Part shown: in pieces, positions 14,794 to 26,471 of the stretch
Layout of the letters: each line of letters opens with the position of its first letter
Position numbering within the stretch: position 1 is the stretch's first letter
DNA from: Octopus vulgaris
Lineage: Eukaryota
NCBI GenBank assembly: GCA_951406725.2
Contig: OX597817.1
Coordinates: forward strand, 75,144,001-75,208,000
Direction of reading: 5' to 3'
Length of the DNA stretch: 64,000 nt
The notes under the pieces: model-generated
The model's input: the letters and a program-made list of their open reading frames with translations, nothing else
The model's database searches: none
What the model was told of the DNA's origin: nothing
Translations under genes and position numbers: made by a program

Positions 14794-15781
14794 TTAAATT
14801 GCTTTCAGTACTTGATTGGTTCTTCATTTTATCGATTCCCGGGAGATAGATGAAATGTAAAGTCGATCTCAAACAGATTTGAACTGAGAACATAGAACGT
14901 AATTTAACACTGACCCTCTAATGATTCTGCCTTCATTACTTGCCCAGAACAAAAATGAGATTATGCAGGAATGTCTTTCTAGTGAGCACTGAGTGTGGGG
15001 TGTGATGTGAAATACCTACAACTGACCAGAGAAAACCAGTTGGTGGATGTTGCTAGAAAAGCTCAGCATTACCTTATGAGCTCCTCCAGTAGTTACTTTG
15101 TTCATATCAAGTATGAAGTTAATATTTGGTGTGTATACATATAATTGAATGTGAATGGATTGTTTCATGTAATATTTGATCAGAGGAACAAATATAAAAT
15201 TTAATTACTCATGAACCCTCTCATCTCCAGGTGAAATTTGTGTCAAAATGTAATAAATAAAAATCTAACTAAATTACTGCAACTTCTGTTTTGGTCAACT
15301 CCATCGCCTGCTTCCCCCTTCCCTCATTTTCTCTCTCTATTTCTCTCTAATTATATATCAACACAATAATTACTGGCATTGCGTTAAATATATGTAAGGT
15401 AAAAAAGGAGTACAGATTTTCAGCTTGAGATTATATATATATATATATGTGTGTGTGTGTATATATATATATATATAAAATATACATACATACACACACA
15501 TACCCTCAATACACTAGCATATATTACATACGGAGACAACGTGCATATTGCTTGTCATATAACGTCTTTCGAGATATATATATATATATATTCGGATATG
15601 TCTCAAAAAGTAAATTTTGAAGTCCTAGTCAATCAATAGAAATTTAGCTAATGCTAACACCCGTATTGAATCCTTCCATTAGTAAATGTGATATTTTAAC
15701 TTAAACAACCCTAACACACACTATACAGATAGAACACACGTTTTTTACTAGGTGTTAAATTACCATTAATATACATGCATT

Positions 15782-15812
<31 letters not shown>

Positions 15813-15834
15813 TATTACACAGATATATATATCG

Positions 15835-16095
15835 TAAGCATAATAATTTCTAAAATGCTTATTCAGCATATAAAATATACTGCAAATACATCATATATAA
15901 TATATAGCTAATACAGATATAAATACATATGTTTGTCAGGTGTGTATTTTATATATTTTATTATTATTATTTATTATTACTATGTGCCTACCTATGTACA
16001 CAAATAGTGTCTATAAAATGAAAAAAATGACATAGATTCAAACTAGAAAGCGTGGTGAAAAATAAACAGCCATAAAAGCTGTGTAATTTGAGGTT

Positions 16096-16126
<31 letters not shown>

Positions 16127-16390
16127 TAGCAGAGACACCCGGTGTTACTTGGGATTAAAATGGCATAGTTTAGGTGATATGGGAACGTGTGGCATGGACA
16201 ACAAAACATTTGTAGAGTCTATGCGTCTCTTTGGAGTATTTCAGGCCCTAACCTGTGGGGGTTAAGTGATTTTTGAACGCACCGAGAAGCTGTCAGTGGA
16301 TATACTCTCTTTTGCAGCAGTCGGGGCCGTGTCTAACACGACCCATCATCTGAAATGTTGACACCGCCTTCGGGTTTGTTGTCCTACACA
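15835..16390. repeat. First copy of a tandem duplication (about 290 bp flank plus Helitron 3' end)
   Basis: Aligns by eye to 16403-16482 joined to 17599-18180. Contains ACTAGCAGAGACACCCGG (Helitron 3' terminus, minus strand) at about 16125. Confidence 0.9.
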
Positions 16391-16482
16391 GGTATATGTA
16401 TTGTAAACATATAATAATTTCTAAAATGCTTATTTAGCATATAAAATATTCTGCAAATACATCATATATAATATATAGCTAA

Positions 16483-17598
16483 TCTCTCTCTATATAAACG
16501 GCAGTTTGTCTGTCTGTGTGTCTGTCAGGTTGTACCCTCACCCTGACCACGGCTTTCAACCGATTCTGATGAAACTTGACACACACATAGCCCAATGTCA
16601 TAATTCAAAACTAACGCAGTGAAAATTTTGAAAAGTTCCCCCAGTTCTGAATAAAATCGATAAATTCAACATGGGGTCGAGAATCTAAGCTTTTTATATG
16701 CAACACATTTTCTATTGTAGTTTTCACAACTTGCAATCGATTTTCACCAAACTCATGGTGAAGCTTAATGTTACCCTAAGAAACTTAATTCTGACGTTAG
16801 TTTTCCATGCAATACCTTACTATCAGAAAAAAATCGATAAAATCATGCCATTTTGGGAAATCGCATTCAAATTCAAGATGACATATTTTCAACAATATCT
16901 TTCACAAATTGGCAGGAATTTTTTTTTAAGTTCACAGCGAGCATCATGTCTGCTCCAAGGAGCTATATGGCCCTTTTTATTCCAATAGGATACTTTATTA
17001 CTGGAAAAAATTGGTTAATTAAATCATATGTGGCACACATAGCAAACCGATTTGTGTATTAAACACAAACCACAGACTGTCTAGGGGACGCAACTCGACC
17101 TTTTTAACTCTCGGAATAACGGGTGATAAGTATCCCAAAATGTATAAAAATGTACAAAAACAGCAAAAAAGCGGGCAGCAATGTGACAATAACGAAAAAG
17201 TCAAAAGTGACCAAACTGAACAAACGAATGGAAAAGGTTTTTTGGTGCACATGACAAAAGCGGTTTATAATAAACCAAGAGTTTGCAAGTAGCGTCCGAG
17301 GACCCTTAGGGTAAGTCAAAAATTTAAGGTAAAACGTTTGGGGTGGTAGTTATAAAGAAAGTTTAAACAAAAAAAGTATTCGAATAACTTGCGGCTGCAA
17401 AGTCTCGAATGTAATTTCTTCCTGGTAGGAATTGGTTGGGTTGAAGTATCGATAGCTGTTTGATAGTTATTTGGAAGTGAAGACATTTGCAACCTACACA
17501 TGCGCCTTCGTTCCCTAGAGGGAAAGGACTAGATTGGGATTAGTCGTTGCCTACTAGGGGCTCTTACATACCCGGGCAACGCCGGGCTATGCTGTTAG
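16483..17598 (+). mobile_element. Non-autonomous Helitron (~1.1 kb), relatively young
   Basis: 5' A|TC start, subterminal hairpin CCCGGGCAACGCCGGG (17571-86), 3' end TTAG|T (CTAG variant) and no TSD. Joined flanks ATATAGCTAA+TACAGA match the uninterrupted copy at 15902-15917. CpGs are retained. Confidence 0.88.
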
Positions 17599-17789
17599 TA
17601 CAGACATAAATACATATGTTCATCAGGTGTGTATTATATGTATTATTATTATTTATTATTATTACGCGCCTACTTATTTACACAAATAGTGTCTAAAAAA
17701 TGACATGGATTCAAACTAGAAAGCCTGGTGAAAAATAAACTGCCATAAAAGCTGTGTAATTTGAGGTTTTTATATATATATATATATAT

Positions 17790-17854
<65 letters not shown>

Positions 17855-17858
<4 letters not shown>

Positions 17859-19669
17859 CAGAGACACCTGGCGTTGCTTGGGATTAAAATGGCATAGTTT
17901 GTATATAATATATTAGAGTTATGTTGTAACAGGTGATATGGGAAAGTGCAGCATTGATGACAAAACATTTGTAGAGTAAATGATGGGCTGATTCGACTAA
18001 GCAATATGCTATGCATCTCTTTGGAGTATTTCAGGCCCTAAACCGTGAGAGTTACGTGATTTTTGAATGCACTGAGAAGCTGTCAGTGGATATACTCTCT
18101 TTTGCAGCAGTTAGGGGCTGTGTCTAACACGACCCATCATCTGAAATGTTGACACCGCCTTTGGGTTTGTTGTCCTACATCCCTCATAAAGTAAATTTGG
18201 AGGAACTGTGGGTGTTCATTTGTGGGTAACAAGGAACCAATGAGGTGATAGACTTGCCCTTGAACTTTGACGTCGTCATAAATTCATGTTTGTCTGTCTT
18301 AGATGCACCAAACGATGTCATTTGCAGAGTTGTATTGTCTGATATTGTTCAGAAAATCTTTTGACTGGATGGAAAGGCCTTCTAGAAGAGCCATAAGAGT
18401 TTGAAAAGGAGCTGGTAGTGCTGGCAATGTTACCTGACTGCCTGATCAGCACATACCATTTGTTTTATTTGAAAAGGCTCTACAGAAAAGACAATATGTG
18501 TTTTGCACACCAATTTGGACAGAGTTATTATTTTTATAAGAATGGGATCAATCATATCTGAAAACAGGTTCAGGAGTTGTGAAGAATGATTTTGTACGTA
18601 GTCTGTTTCTGAGAGCTATTCTATTGGACCTCTCTCTAATCATTAAAACATTGATTTCATGATCCAGCATTAAGTGCTGCAACATGCATTTGCTGAAGTT
18701 GAGAAAATCTCATCTAGCTTCTCTCTTCAGACTCTTGCCTTCAGTTTTCTTCAATCCTCCTTGCTTTATATTTGTTTCTGGAGAGATTGTCTTTTCTTTG
18801 GCATATTTTTCTCAATATTGTAAACAAAAAATTATGAAGATAGAAAGAAATCCCTATTTTTGTAAGCAGTTGTATCCGTAAAAATTTTATTTCAAGAGTG
18901 CAGAAATTGAAAGATAAAGTGAAAGATGTATGTACGTCTATATGAAATGGGCATGTGTATGTGAAAGAGAAAGATAGTGAGTGAGTGAAGTTGTATGTCG
19001 TGATGATTGATGTCTTTTAAGGTACACACACATATAAAAAATGTGACATAATAGTATGAAATTGTCACGATAGTTGATTTATGGAAAAGATTACGTTAAA
19101 ATTTTGAAATGCAAATATGTGAATGAAAATTAAGAAAATTTGTAGCCAAAATAGTACTGAATCTTTTGATACCCCATACATCAAAATCTGTAACTCGGTT
19201 TTGGAAAGCGTAAGGAATATATAATATCAATGAGGCAGACCTGTACATGGTAGAAATAGCAGCCAGATCTCCCTCAAAACACTCCACTGTCTTAATCTAA
19301 TAATTCTGCCTATTATGTAGTTTGAATGAGAAACTGTAACTAAAGGTTAAGATTATTAACCCCACAGAGAGAGGAAAGAATAGAGAGTATAGTGACGGCT
19401 TTGGCTGACTGTCATCCTGTACTTCCCTTGTTGCTAGTGAAATGGTATATGCCATCTGAGCAACTGGTTGTTTTTATGGCAGAACAAACAGGACATTAAA
19501 GATTACAAAAATTCTCACTTTGAAACTAACGATTTTGAAAATCTTTTTAGCTTACAGAACATCCAGCTCTCTCATGTATCCATGTTTAAAATTTTAGCGT
19601 GATTGAATGAACAATACTCGAGTTATAAGCACATAAACAGACAGATGGAGCGGATTTTATATATTAAAG

Positions 19670-19670
<1 letters not shown>
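17855..19670 (-). mobile_element. Internally deleted Helitron (~1.8 kb)
   Basis: On the minus strand it starts A|TCTTTAATATATAAAATCCG (19670), ends ...CTGCTAG|T (17855), has a degenerate hairpin CCCAAGCAACGCCAGG near the 3' end, and carries a RepHel fragment. Confidence 0.88.
18181..18804 (-). pseudogene. Decayed N-terminal fragment of Helitron RepHel protein
   Basis: Minus-strand translation with stops/frameshifts: MPKKRQS...CLFCRA...GMC*SGSQVTLPALPAP...SKDFLNNIRQYNSA/MTSFGA.../KVQGQVYHLIGSLLPTNEHPQFLQIYF. These are typical RepHel N-terminal motifs (IR.YNS.F.MTSFG; QGQVYH.IGSLLP; P.F.QIYF). Confidence 0.88.
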
Positions 19671-19701
<31 letters not shown>

Positions 19702-19706
19702 AAAAT

Positions 19707-20016
19707 AAGAATAGAAAATCGAGATAAGTTAATAATTGTTTATTATTAACAAATTGGTCATCTTTGCTTCTTACAGCTGTTTCTGTTAATATTCAGTTTA
19801 ATGTACCTTTTGAAATGGATTGATAAGCCCACATATAACATCCAAAGGTACATCTTTTTTCCTCTGATGAAATTATACTCCTGTCACATAAATGTAAATT
19901 TAATGTACAAATTCGTAATTAAATTGAGTATTAATTGAAACAGCTGTAAGAAGCATGATGACCAATTTGTTAATAATAAACAATTATTAACTTCCTTATC
20001 TCCATTTTCTTTTCTT
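19707..20016. repeat. Long inverted repeat (~95-bp arms, ~115-bp spacer), probably a Penelope-like pLTR remnant
   Basis: 19707-19801 is the reverse complement of 19919-20016 with few mismatches (AAGTTAATAATTGTTTATTATTAACAAATTGGTCATC / GATGACCAATTTGTTAATAATAAACAATTATTAACTT). There is also an inner hairpin ATGTACCTTT/AAAGGTACAT at 19801-19853. Confidence 0.88.
19858..19953 (+). ncRNA. Type I hammerhead ribozyme motif of Penelope-like-element (minimal, palindromic stem III) type
   Basis: CTGATGA 19864-70; stem II AATTATACTC (19871-80) pairs with GAGTATTAATT (19926-36) with one bulge; GAAA 19937-40; stem III AC/GT closed by palindromic AGCT; GTA cleavage triplet 19946-48; short stem I TTCCT/AGAAG with one mismatch. 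Confidence 0.6.
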
Positions 20017-21143
20017 TAAATAGATATAAACTATATGCTTTGTATATACCTATTGTTTTAAGGGGATTTCATTCCCCAGAGCTACTAGGTATTGAACTAG
20101 TATTTCCTTGGATGCAACCATCTCTTCACAACGTTAACATATCCTCTAATTGTGTGTGTGTTGTGTGTATGTATATATCTTTGTATATAATAAAATGCTT
20201 AGTGTGTAGGCAAAGAAAAGTAAAACAGATAAACTGCGAAAGGGTGACAGTGAGAGATGCTAATGCAAGCAGCAGCTCTTAAGCTTTGCTCCAATGATGC
20301 AAGGGAAAGAAGAGTAAAACAACAAACGAAGTGGCAATGAGTGACAGTCAGAGGCAGTAAACTGTACTGAGCTCTGAATGAAAATGAAATCAAATTTATC
20401 AATTTCACACACACACACACACACAGGTATATGCTATATTCGATAAAATGATTTCATCAATCTAAAAAATGTGAACAAACATGCATGCATGCACACATGC
20501 ATATGTATATACAGAGGTATGTGTATACATTCATATATATATATATACACACATGACAAGCTTCTTTCAGTTTCCTTTGACCAAATCCACTCATGGCCCG
20601 TGACCGTACTTCGTGGTGGCATATATATGTAAATATGTGTATGTATATATTTATGCTTATATGTATCTATATGTACATACGTGTATATGGAGTAATTAAG
20701 TCGACAACTGAGGAAGGGTTAGACTTTTTTTTGGGTGTTTTGTCCCCTACTTGTCTCTCTTTATCAGTTTATGTATTTTTCACCCGTTGATGTCTTGTTC
20801 TTATTGTATATTTTTTGGTATTTTGTCCTCTACTTATCTCTTGTGTGTTTATATATTTTTCACTCATTGGAGATGTCCTATACTTGATGTATTTTATATT
20901 TATTTATACACACACACACAACCCGCATATACACTCTAACGTACTTTATGTAGGTGATGTTTTTAACCGAGATGTTACAATCGTATTTGATTCTTCAAGT
21001 GCTTCAATTCTGTGTATGTACATATATTTTCTAGATTGCTGACTTTTGTCAGTGGTTTGCCCCATGTGTTGATTTGCCATTTTCTATCATTAATAAAACT
21101 GTTGGTATTTTTGCCGACACAGGTATGCTAGTATATATATATA

Positions 21144-21377
21144 CAGGGTGGCCCAAAAGTAGGTTTACAGTTATTCAACTATCTCTTTCGCATTCATATA
21201 TTAACAGTTTAGATCTTAATTATAAAAATATATGAAACCATTATTCTATGGTAATTTAGTAATTCTGTCAAGCTCCCTTTTCAGTTTGTAAGATAGAAAT
21301 TTAAGTGTAATAAAATGTTTTAAAAGAAATTTAAAGTGTCAACGTGATAACTGTAAACGTACTTTTGGACCACCCTA
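21144..21377. mobile_element. Tc1/mariner-type MITE (~234 bp)
   Basis: ~31-bp TIRs CAGGGTGGCCCAAAAGTAGGTTTACAGTTAT / ATAACTGTAAACGTACTTTTGGACCACCCTA, inserted in a TA-rich microsatellite. Confidence 0.85.
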
Positions 21378-21561
21378 TGTGTGTGTGTATGTATGTATGT
21401 ATGTATGTATATATATATATATATAGCTTGTGCAACATAAAAAGCACTGTCTACTCTGCTGGGTGGTTGATGTTAGGAAGGGCATCCAGCTGTCTGATGC
21501 AGGCTCCTGTCAAACTGTCCAGACTATGCTAGCATGGAAGGCAGATGCTAAACGATAATAA

Positions 21562-21637
<76 letters not shown>

Positions 21638-23002
21638 TACAGTACGAGAGAGGAGATAGGCACATCATTACTGTATGTAAATATACTTGACGCTAAAAAA
21701 TGAAAGAAAGCAAAATTAGCCAGGGGGCAATCTAAATTGAAAATGTAAATAGATGTAACTAAATTATAAAACTAATTATTTTGTCCAGTGTTTTATCACT
21801 GCGTTGGTAATATTTTCTCTGATCCATACAAATGTCGGAATTTGCAGAATCTTTCATCCTATACTTAAATCTGATATAGAGGTTAAGTATAAGGTACTTA
21901 TTGAAACATTCACACACACAGAGGGTTTCCTTCTTTTGGTCATAAGGTCTGGTTTGAAGTAATCAGTTGTCTGACACATATTCAACAGCACAAAAGACAA
22001 GATTTTTTTGAGCGTTGCATTTGACTCAACAATGAGACATTATAGGCAGGTGTGAATGAGACTTGTGAAGGCTTTCAAATCATGTCTGGTTTGTGATGCT
22101 TTTGTGATATCTACATCTTAAAATGGTTTTAGTGTGATAACTGCTTAGTTGGTGGTTTTTGTTTCACCAAAAATCTCATGTTTAAATTAGAAACCAGTTT
22201 ATTTTTATGGTATACTGGAATAGTGAAATAATATAGTAACAATATTATTGTCATTATATAACTTATTCAGTATGATATTGTGAATTTTGCCTGGTATCAA
22301 GTGTGTTGGCATGTTGGTGTTTTACTTGAATTGTTTTATTTTTTACTAATGGTTATTTGCTATTAGCCAAATGAGTACTATCATATATATATATAATATT
22401 CATTCATTCATTTAATTTCTAAATGAATTTTCCAGCCATCTGTGCGTGTGTGTCTTTGTGCCTCACTGGATGTCTATACTGCGCAGTCGTACACTCCACC
22501 TGTCTGTGTGCGATGATTGATTGTTGGATAAGTGTAAAAATCTGGATAGGGTAGTGGTGGGAGGTAGTAGTGGTGGGACTAAACAAAGTACTTGGATGGG
22601 AAAAGGCATTTCTCAAGTGTGTGTGTGTGTGTTTGTTGCTTTAACAGCAAGTCATCTATTGTCCATATATGAATGCGTGTATGGTCACTGTTTTTAGAGC
22701 AGTGTAGATATCTGTATGTGCGTAATCATTGTGTTGTAACAAACACATTTGGAAACACAACATCAGTTTACTATTACAGTTGTGTCCAACCTGTTTTAAA
22801 AAAAATATAGGAAAAAATCGTTACCATATAATATAATTTAGGTATCAATGAGGGGACTTCCACATGATTTCTCAGCCTGCTAGAAATAGCACCCAAGTGC
22901 CCTTTAAATCTTGCACTTTGCTAGGTTTCTTTCAAATGATGTAAATGTTTTTATTAATCAATTAAAGGTGTTGCTTGAAATCCCTGTAATGAATTGACAC
23001 CT

Positions 23003-23345
23003 CTTTTACTTGTTTCAGTCATTTGACTGTGGCCATGCTGGGGCACCGTCTTTAGTTGAGCAAATTGACCCTAGGACTTATTCTATCGGTCTTTTTTGAC
23101 GAAGCGCTAAGTGACGGGACATAAACACACCATCGATTGTCAAGCAATGCTAGGGGGGACAAACACACACATATATACATATCTACTACAGGCTTCTTTG
23201 AGTTTCCATCTACCAAATCTACTCACAAGGCTTTGGTCGGCCCGAGGCTATAGTAAAAGACACTTGCCGAAGGTGCCACACAGTGGGACTGAACCCGGAA
23301 CCATGTGGTTGGTAAGCAAGCTACTTACCACACAGCCATTCCTGC
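23003..23345 (-). mobile_element. tRNA-derived SINE, abundant family
   Basis: The minus-strand head has an A box (TGGCTGTGTGGTAAG) and a B box (GGTTCAGTCCC), then the GGCAAGTGTCTT core. Near-identical to 62530-62888. Older copies lie at about 4735, 5340, 5988, 7478, 23403, 24310, 37440, 39355, 44290, 46495 and 57360. Confidence 0.85.
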
Positions 23346-25380
23346 ACCTGTACATCTTTGTTACTCATTTATATATGTATGTATGTATGTATGTGTGTGT
23401 GTGTGTGTGGTAAGGAGTTTGTTTCCCTGCGTGACACTTTGGGAAAGTGTCTTCTACCATAGCCCCAGGCAACCAAAGCCTTGTGAATGAATTTGATGGA
23501 CAGAAATTGAAGGACGCCCATCATACATGTGTGTGCATTACTATCTTCTTACTTTACTTCATGTAATATCCTTCATTTCCACTTTAGTGTAAAAATAAGT
23601 ATGGAAGCAAGGAATAATACCATACTTTGAAACAGGTGAGGGTTGGTAACAGGAAGGGCACCTGATTAGAAAATCTGTCTCAACAAATTTCCTTTGACCC
23701 AGGTAAGCATGGAAAAATGGATGTTAAATGTCGATTGTGTGTGTATGTTTTTATATATTTATATATCTATATCTATATATATATATATATATACATACAC
23801 ATACATACACACACTCATTCATCTTGCATGCTGTCAGGATCTCATCGTGCTGTAATGCCTGCTTTGGCATTATTTCTACAGTTGAATGACCTTCCTAATG
23901 CCAACCACTTTATTGTAATGTATGTACTGAGTGTAGTGGGTGCTTTTATTTCATTAAAAACCATTTAAAAAAAAAAAATTATATGTAGCACTAACTCTAG
24001 TGAGGTTGCCATACAGCTTGTGTGACTGAGTTCTCTTTTGGTTAAGTTACTTTATATGTTTATATATCTAAATTTGTATATATGTATTTATATTTGTGTT
24101 TAGACGTGTGTGTGTATGTATAGTTGTTGACTGGTAGTGTATCTGGATGTAAAAACGTCATTCAACAAACTTAGTGTAAGCCATGCAAAGATGGGTGAGT
24201 AGATGTTAAATGATATGTGTGTGTACATGTTTTGTGTTTATAAAAATGACAATTGACAATCCTCACATATCAAGACAAAGGTACACATGCACGCATGTGC
24301 TTACAATAGGCTTCGTTTAGTTTCTTTCCACCAAATTTATTCAAGGCTTTGTCAGCCCATGGCTGTATTAAGACACTTGCCAAGGCTACCATGCACTGGA
24401 ACTGAATCTGAGAGCACATAGTTGGAAAGGCTGTACATATGTTTGTGTGCATGCTGTGTGTATGTTCACATGTGTGTTTATAATTTATGTATTAGCTCTG
24501 GATATAGCGGGACTTAGAATAGCTAAGTCATCTATATCACTGATGATTCATATACCCTATAAGTTAATATGGTGTTGATTAATCCTGTGTCAGCATGATT
24601 GAGCAGACAGATGATCAGTCATTCCAGCTGTGACCACTTATTTTTTTTTTAACTGTGACCTTTACTATTTGTTAAAGCAGTTGGTGTGAGTGGAAGGTTG
24701 CTAGGTATTTGCCAGTTGTTTGTAGGAGGTTGAACAACCATATTGAGGCACCTTGTAGATAATTTAAGGGTTCCTTATGAGTTTTATACATTCAAAAACA
24801 CCTTATTTCACCCTTTCATTTGTATGGTAAATCCAACAGAAATCACTCAGAAATGTAACTAATATTTCAATAAGGAGATTTCTACAGGGATGTTTGACCT
24901 GTTTAGAATAGCAGCCAAGTCTCCCTCAACACCCCACTGTTTTAATGGGGCGACAGATTGAACATTAGTTTTAAATAAATTATGGTCTTTGCTGAAATAT
25001 CTTTGATCATACTAATCTGAGGCTTGGCAACAACTCTGTCTTGCTTCTGTTTCATTCAAAATGAATAACTTTACAACAAATCACATTAATAAATCAAAAG
25101 TATACAATAATCTCAACATTAACCTTTTTGTTATCTTATTTCTATTGAAATACATGACCTTTCAGTAATTTTGAAAATAATGAATTTAGTAAAACAACTT
25201 TACTGTTATTAAGTTGGTATTTGGAACATAAATTAATATGAAATTTTGTTTAAAAGGTGTTAGATAATCTTAAGTGAGGAAGTTTCTATCCTAGATCAAG
25301 AGGCAGTCTCAGGTAGGTTGGTATTGAAAAGATTTATGTCATGCAATGGTGTGCCTATGATCACGTATCTTCTTATCAAG

Positions 25381-26471
25381 TATATATAAATCACAGTATG
25401 TGTGTGTATAATGACTAAAGCATACATTTCCACAATTCTCAGCCATTTTTCACCAAACTTTGTGCACACATTACTTATGTCCCAAGGATGGTCATGCACT
25501 GTAACATTTTGCCCAGAGCTCCCGTGTAATTGGATGTAAATAGACATAGTTTTTTTGTATGTAGGGTCTTCCGTAATTTTTCCTCTTTTTAAAAGTGAAA
25601 GGATTTTGTCTATTTCCGCTGTTCACCTACGACAGTGATTAGTTGACTAGGAACACTATGTGATGAATATCCAATACCAAATACTTAATCTACATATTTA
25701 AACTGAATTAAACTTGAGTAATCTTGAGTAACCTATTCTGAGTTACTTGAAAGATGATGCTCCCTTCCCTCTCTTCTATTTGTTTATACCTTTGGTACCA
25801 TTGTTTCACTTTAAGGATGCTTATATACCTATCCATTATCATATTTCGACTGATGTCCATTGTTTCAAATACGTTTTAGCATTGTTGTTCTAACCCTTTT
25901 AAAACAACCATATATGATTTGTCCTAAAGAATCAACCTTTAAATAAGATTTTTGTTTCCACTAGTGAAAGCTATATTATCTTTCAGAAAGCTCCTTACCA
26001 GTTTAACTTTATGCAGCATTCACTGTTAGTTTATGTGCAGGCTATGTGGGAAGACAATAAAGGGGCTTTTGTTAGCTTATCTCTCAAAAAATATAGCTCC
26101 CTTTTCTGTTGAGAAAACTTGCAGAGGGGAACTTTTAATATCTTCCTTCAATTTCCTTACACCATTTATGTGGCTGTTTCTGACAAGAAATTTTGCTTTC
26201 ATGTAAAACAACAGTATTTTGTAGACATCTGTAATCTACTCCCAAGACACTTCAGGAGCTCTGCTTTGGCATCACTTGCAAACTTATATGTTCTATGATC
26301 ATTAAAGTGCAACAACCTCCACAACCAGCCTTCAATTTCATTTTTTGTTCCTAGGTTAATCAGAATCTTAGATTGTCATGTTACTCATAAACCTTTTAGG
26401 TAGTAAAATTAGTGGGAGAAAAATACCACCAAAGCAACTTAAACTGTACAAAGGATGGGTCTGTTTGCTAG
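25381..26471 (+). mobile_element. Possible old non-autonomous Helitron
   Basis: The 5' region TATATATAAAATCACAGTATGTGTG...CCATTTTCACCAAACTTTG resembles the 5' region of the 16483 element, and it ends GGGTCTGTTTGCTAG. The hairpin is decayed. Confidence 0.4.

Noticed and set aside
20708-20890. CTGAGGA as a second hammerhead core, followed by a degenerate ~80-bp tandem repeat
   Set aside because: No properly placed GAAA/stem III follows. Other CTGATGA matches (for example 464, 9778, 16566, 24539) also lack the remaining core.
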